Source: Halalkalibacterium halodurans (GTDB taxonomy: Bacteria; Bacillota; Bacilli; Bacillales; Bacillaceae_D). Taken from it: a stretch of 32,000 nucleotides of DNA. Where the stretch lies: assembly GCF_004376175.1 (NCBI RefSeq), contig NZ_SNUY01000012.1, forward strand, positions 30,001 to 62,000, given 5' to 3'. A program made the translations under genes and the position numbers. How positions within the stretch are numbered: position 1 is the stretch's first letter; every line of letters begins with the position of its first letter. The notes beneath the pieces are model-generated. The model was not told where the DNA came from. It worked only from the letters and a program-made list of their open reading frames with translations, and did not search any database. Below, piece after piece: positions 27,030 to 32,000 of this stretch.

Positions 27030-27507
27030 TACTTTTTTAGTTTTCGAAAAAAATCTGTATCAAGAAGTTGAGGAAAGTCATAGCGAATTTGTAGATAAAC
27101 AGCTGATGTACATGGACTTAGCGACAAAGGAAGTCGTGAATCTCGACCTCCCGTTTGAACTAGATGAAGATAAAATCGTGCACCTTGAAAACGATACCCT
27201 TTACTTGCTCTCTTTAGCAGAGAAGCAATTGATGATCGAAGGATTCAATCTAGTGACAGAGGAGGTATTAGAAAAGACGATTGACATGCCACTTTTATCA
27301 AATGTGACGATCAACAATTACGTTATGGCACTCTCTGGCCAAAAGGTATACCTCACTCGGTCCAATCCTAATGAAAATAGAGGGGCTCCGATCACTGTTA
27401 TCGACTTTTTAACAGAGAATATGCTGTTTGAAGGCACAATCGAGCCAAAGCAAGAGATAGGCAACCACTATAAGCTTACCTTTTACAACATGAATGTTCG
27501 AAATTAA
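27016..27507 (+). pseudogene. C-terminal fragment (157 native codons) of the IS-interrupted gene
   Basis: The listed ORF starts at an ATG inside the IS inverted repeat. Native sequence resumes at 27035 (..FLVFEKNLYQEVEE..) in the same frame as the 24678 fragment. Confidence 0.8.
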
Positions 27508-27514
27508 AAAGATA

Positions 27515-27550
27515 AAAAAACACGGTGCTAAAATAGCAACCGTGTTTTTT
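27515..27550. terminator. Bidirectional intrinsic terminator (interrupted gene / pdhD)
   Basis: AAAAAACACGGT, loop gctaaaatagca, ACCGTGTTTTTT. Confidence 0.85.
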
Positions 27551-27561
27551 ACCGTTAGCGG

Positions 27562-28971
27562 TTATTTTACGATGTGAATCGGTGTTCCAAGTGCTACTTC
27601 TGCAGCTTCCATCGTAATTTCGCCTAAAGATGGATGGGCATGAATCGTAAGAGCAATATCCTCAGCCGTCATACCAGTTTCAATCGCAAGGCCAAGCTCT
27701 GCAATCATATCAGAAGCATTCGGACCGGCAATTTGTGCACCAATGACGAGGCCATCTTCTTTACGAGTAATGAGCTTCATGAAACCATCTGCATCATTTA
27801 GAGACAACGCTCTTCCGTTTGCAGCAAACGGGAATTTTGCAGCTGTTACATCATAGCCAGCTTCCTTCGCTTCTGTCTCAGTATAGCCAACCGTAGCGAG
27901 CTCTGGGTCAGAGAATACAACGGCTGGAATCGCCAAGTAATCAATTTCTGACTTTTCCCCGGCAATCGCTTCTGCAGCGATTTTCCCTTCGTAGGAAGCT
28001 TTATGTGCTAGTGCAGGTCCTGCAATGACGTCGCCGATCGCATAAATGTTGCTTAAGTTCGTACGACATTGTTTGTCAACTTTGATCAAACCGCGCTCTG
28101 TAAGCTCGACTCCGATTTGTTCAAGACCAAGCTCATCCGTATTTGGTTTACGACCGACAGTAACCAATACATAATCAGCTTCAAATACTTCTTCTTTGCC
28201 TTTAATTTCTGCCGTTACTTTTACGCCATCTTCTGTTTCTTCCACGCCTTTAGCCATCGCTTCTGTATGGAAAGAAACACCGTTCTTTTTCAACTTACGC
28301 TCAACAAGCTTTGCCATTTGCTTTTCAAACCCAGGTAAGATTTGTTTGCCACCTTCAAGTACAACTACATCTGAACCTAAGTTTGAATATGCACCTGTAA
28401 GCTCGATCCCGATGTAGCCACCGCCGATAACAACAAGTTTTTTCGGAACTTCTTCTAGCGCGAGGGCACCAGTTGAATTGATAATCCGCTTTGAATATTT
28501 GAAGTTCGGTAATTCAATTGGACGAGAGCCTGTTGCGATGATGCAGTTTTTAAACTTGTATGTTGTTGCATTTTTCTCATCCATAATGCGCACAGAGTCT
28601 TCCGAAGCAAAGTAGGCCTCACCTTTAATGATTTCTACTTTATTCCCTTTAAGTAACCCTTCTACGCCACCTGTTAATTTATTTACGACAGATGCTTTCC
28701 ACTCTTGAACTTTGCTGAAGTCTAATGTCACGTTTTCTGCCTTAATCCCTAAATCGTCAGAATGTAGAGCGTTGTGATAACGATGACCAGCAGAGATCAA
28801 CGCCTTGGAAGGGATACAACCAACGTTTAAGCATACTCCCCCAAGAGTACCTTTTTCTACAATTGTTACGCTTTGTCCAAGCTGCGCTGCACGAATCGCG
28901 GCAACGTAGCCTCCTGGACCTGAACCAATGACGAGAGTATCAACTTCTTTTGCGAAATCACCTACAACCAT
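27562..28971 (-). CDS. pdhD: Dihydrolipoyl dehydrogenase, E3 of the pyruvate dehydrogenase complex (469 aa)
   Basis: [33 protein letters not shown] and the redox-active [14 protein letters not shown]. It is the last gene of the pdhABCD order. Confidence 0.95.
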   Translation of the reverse strand: MVVGDFAKEVDTLVIGSGPGGYVAAIRAAQLGQSVTIVEKGTLGGVCLNVGCIPSKALISAGHRYHNALHSDDLGIKAENVTLDFSKVQEWKASVVNKLTGGVEGLLKGNKVEIIKGEAYFASEDSVRIMDEKNATTYKFKNCIIATGSRPIELPNFKYSKRIINSTGALALEEVPKKLVVIGGGYIGIELTGAYSNLGSDVVVLEGGKQILPGFEKQMAKLVERKLKKNGVSFHTEAMAKGVEETEDGVKVTAEIKGKEEVFEADYVLVTVGRKPNTDELGLEQIGVELTERGLIKVDKQCRTNLSNIYAIGDVIAGPALAHKASYEGKIAAEAIAGEKSEIDYLAIPAVVFSDPELATVGYTETEAKEAGYDVTAAKFPFAANGRALSLNDADGFMKLITRKEDGLVIGAQIAGPNASDMIAELGLAIETGMTAEDIALTIHAHPSLGEITMEAAEVALGTPIHIVK

Positions 28972-28974
28972 TCC

Positions 28975-30255
28975 TTACCCCTCCATTAACATTAATTGTG
29001 GATCGTTCAACAAACGCTTCACATGATTCAGTGCGTTTTGTGCTGTGACCCCGTCGATGAGGCGGTGATCATAGCTGATTGAAAGTGCGAGAACTGGAGC
29101 CGCTACAATTTCACCATCTTTAACAACTGGCTTCTCTTCGATTCGGCCAATTCCTAAAATCGCTACTTCTGGGTGGTTGATAATTGGCGTGAACCATTGA
29201 CCACGAGCAGAACCAAGGTTTGAGATTGTGCAAGAGCCGCCCTTCATTTCAGCAGCGCTCAACTTACCATCACGTGCTTTAATCGCAAGCTCATTAATGT
29301 TGTCAGCTAATTCAAAGATCGATTTACGATCTGTGTCTTTAATGACTGGAACGACAAGTCCTTGCTCTGTGTCAGCCGCAATACCAATATTGAAGTAATG
29401 CTTGTACACAATCTCCTCGTTCACGTCGTCAATCGACGCATTAAGAACCGGATACTTCTTCAACGCAGACGTTAAAGCCTTCACAACATAAGGTAAGTAT
29501 GTGAGCTTTGTCCCTTGCTCTGCTGCGATTTCTTTATACTGTTTACGATGTGCAACAAGAGCCGTAACATCCACTTCATCCATGTGGGTGACATGCGGGG
29601 CTGTATGTTTCGAGTTGACCATCGCTTTTGCGATCGCTTTACGGATCCCTTTAAGCGGTACGCGCTCTTCCCGTTCACCAACAGGAATTTCAGTCGGCTC
29701 CACATTAGATGCTGCCGCAGGTGCCGCTGTTTCGGCTTTTTCTTCCGAAGCCTCTGCTTGAGTATCTCCACTCAAGAAAGCATCAATGTCTTCACGTAAA
29801 ATGCGACCGTTTTTCCCTGTTCCCTTCACTTTCTTAATGTTTACACCTTTTTCACGAGCGTATTTACGAACAGATGGCATCGCGATGACGCGTTTGTCTT
29901 CGTCGCCGTCTTCTTCAGGTGCTGTTTCTTTTGCTGGTGCCGGCTCAGCTGGTGCTGCTTCCTCAGCTTTTTCTTCTGGTGCAGGGGCTTCTTCTGTTTC
30001 TTCCGCTCCTACTCCTTCTCCAGCATCGATCGTGACGAGCACATCACCGACAATCGCTACTGTCCCTTCTTCTACTTTAACCTCTAAAATTTTCCCGTCA
30101 ACCGGTGAAGGAATTTCTACGACTGCTTTATCGTTTTGAACTTCCAAAAGAATATCGTCTTCTTTTACTTCATCACCAGGTTTCACGAACCATTTGACAA
30201 TCTCACCTTCATGAATGCCTTCCCCGATGTCAGGCAATTTAAATTCGTAAGCCAA
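28975..30255 (-). CDS. pdhC: Dihydrolipoamide acetyltransferase, E2 (426 aa)
   Basis: Lipoyl domain ..[16 protein letters not shown].., an Ala/Pro/Glu linker, a subunit-binding domain and the catalytic DHRLIDG. TTG start at 30255, 8 nt after AAGGAGG. Confidence 0.95.
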   Translation of the reverse strand: MAYEFKLPDIGEGIHEGEIVKWFVKPGDEVKEDDILLEVQNDKAVVEIPSPVDGKILEVKVEEGTVAIVGDVLVTIDAGEGVGAEETEEAPAPEEKAEEAAPAEPAPAKETAPEEDGDEDKRVIAMPSVRKYAREKGVNIKKVKGTGKNGRILREDIDAFLSGDTQAEASEEKAETAAPAAASNVEPTEIPVGEREERVPLKGIRKAIAKAMVNSKHTAPHVTHMDEVDVTALVAHRKQYKEIAAEQGTKLTYLPYVVKALTSALKKYPVLNASIDDVNEEIVYKHYFNIGIAADTEQGLVVPVIKDTDRKSIFELADNINELAIKARDGKLSAAEMKGGSCTISNLGSARGQWFTPIINHPEVAILGIGRIEEKPVVKDGEIVAAPVLALSISYDHRLIDGVTAQNALNHVKRLLNDPQLMLMEG

Positions 30256-30342
30256 TCCAAGCGCCTCCTTTTTTAATCCTATTCTTCTTATGAGGAGAGA
30301 AGGAAGACCGTAGTCACCCTTCTTTCCTTGACCGTATCTGAA

Positions 30343-31320
30343 TTAAAATTCAATGACTGCTTTTGCTTTTTCAACAATATCTTTGAAATCAGGAAGCCAT
30401 ACATCTTCCGCTGCTGCAAACGGATAAACCGTATCTGGCGCAGAAACACGCATGATCGGTGCTTCCAAATGAAGGATGGCACGTTCTTGGATTTCTGAAG
30501 CTACATGAGCACCAATCCCAGCTTGTTTTTGAGCCTCTTGTACAACGATCACTCGGCTTGTCTTTTTCACAGATTCTAAAATCGTATCGATGTCAATAGG
30601 ACTGATTGTTCTCAGGTCAATGACCTCGGCACTAATGCCTTCTTTTTCAAGCTCTTCTGCCGCTTTTAGAGAAGAGTGAACCATTGCGCCATACGTAATA
30701 ATAGAAACATCTTTTCCTTCGCGCTTCACATCAGCTTTACCAAGTGGAATTGTGTACTCCTCTTCCGGAACTTCCGCACGGAAAGAGCGGTATAACTTCA
30801 TATGCTCTAGGTAGATAACTGGATCATTGTCACGAATCGCAGAAATCAATAACCCTTTTGCATCATATGGAGTTGACGGAATCACAACTTTTACACCTGG
30901 TGTCTGTGCCATTAAACCTTCTAAGTTATCGGCGTGAAGTTCAGGTGTTTTTACCCCTCCACCAAACGGAGAGCGGACCGTAATTGGCGAATGATACTTG
31001 CCACCTGAACGATATCGCATTCTCGCCATTTGTCCAGCAACCGAATCAAATACTTCAAATACAAAACCGAAAAATTGAACTTCCATGACTGGGCGGAAGC
31101 CTGTTAATCCTAGACCGATCGCTAGGCCCCCAATTCCAGACTCAGCAAGTGGTGTATCGAATACACGGTCTTCGCCAAATTCCTTTTGAAGCCCTTCAGT
31201 AGCACGGAAGACACCACCGTTTTGGCCTACGTCTTCACCAAAAACGAGAACATTCTCGTCACGTTTTAGCTCATTACGCATCGCATCCGTAATCGCTTGG
31301 ATCATTGTCATTTGCGCCAT
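30343..31320 (-). CDS. pdhB: Pyruvate dehydrogenase E1 beta subunit (325 aa)
   Basis: [63 protein letters not shown]. Confidence 0.95.
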   Translation of the reverse strand: MAQMTMIQAITDAMRNELKRDENVLVFGEDVGQNGGVFRATEGLQKEFGEDRVFDTPLAESGIGGLAIGLGLTGFRPVMEVQFFGFVFEVFDSVAGQMARMRYRSGGKYHSPITVRSPFGGGVKTPELHADNLEGLMAQTPGVKVVIPSTPYDAKGLLISAIRDNDPVIYLEHMKLYRSFRAEVPEEEYTIPLGKADVKREGKDVSIITYGAMVHSSLKAAEELEKEGISAEVIDLRTISPIDIDTILESVKKTSRVIVVQEAQKQAGIGAHVASEIQERAILHLEAPIMRVSAPDTVYPFAAAEDVWLPDFKDIVEKAKAVIEF

Positions 31321-31323
31321 AGG

Positions 31324-32000
<677 letters not shown>

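Noticed and set aside
29481-30139. Cluster of 86-117 aa ORFs, and Ala/Pro/Glu or Ser/Ala low-complexity repeats that could look like a repeat array
   Set aside because: This is the flexible Ala/Pro/Glu-rich linker region of E2 (pdhC). The repetitiveness is coding low complexity, and the extra ORFs are shadow frames. The spacing is not CRISPR-like.
30288-30482. 64-aa minus-strand ORF spanning the pdhB 3' end and the pdhB-pdhC spacer
   Set aside because: It is out of frame with pdhB, has no SD and gives an arbitrary translation.

Overview
This is the chromosomal backbone of a Bacillus-like Firmicute. Gene order closely follows the B. subtilis pycA / yla / ykt / speA / pdh neighbourhood, recalled from memory. 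On the minus strand lie pycA (runs off the left edge), ylaN, glsA, ylaK (PIN-PhoH), ylaH, typA/bipA, a beta-hydroxyacid dehydrogenase, an IMPase (yktC-like), yktA and a nitronate monooxygenase. On the plus strand lie a ylaL-like gene, ylaI, ylaF-like, yktB and speA. The right end carries pdhD-pdhC-pdhB-pdhA on the minus strand, with pdhA running off the right edge.

A short gene missed by the >=60-aa ORF track sits directly downstream of speA and convergent with it. It is a clear homologue of the dual-function sRNA SR1 and its peptide SR1P, complete with promoter, SD and a terminator shared with speA.

About 10.5 kb of accessory DNA separates sr1 from pdhD. It holds a GAF-like protein, a lipoprotein M23 peptidase, an ArAE-type membrane protein, a BCCT osmolyte transporter and a thioredoxin-fold lipoprotein without CxxC. 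It also holds a YtrA-type GntR / ABC ATPase / six-TM protein / membrane-anchored protein operon. The last gene of that operon is split cleanly by a 1664-bp IS1380-like element with 15-bp perfect inverted repeats and a 5-bp TACTT target duplication.

I found no rRNA, tRNA, CRISPR array, prophage or recognisable defence system. I cannot point to a convincing novel multi-gene system. The best leads are the sr1 locus with its phased promoter repeats, the IS-interrupted YtrA cassette, and a few unexplained palindromes and open frames in intergenic DNA. All homology statements rest on reading the translations and on memory. No database search was run.
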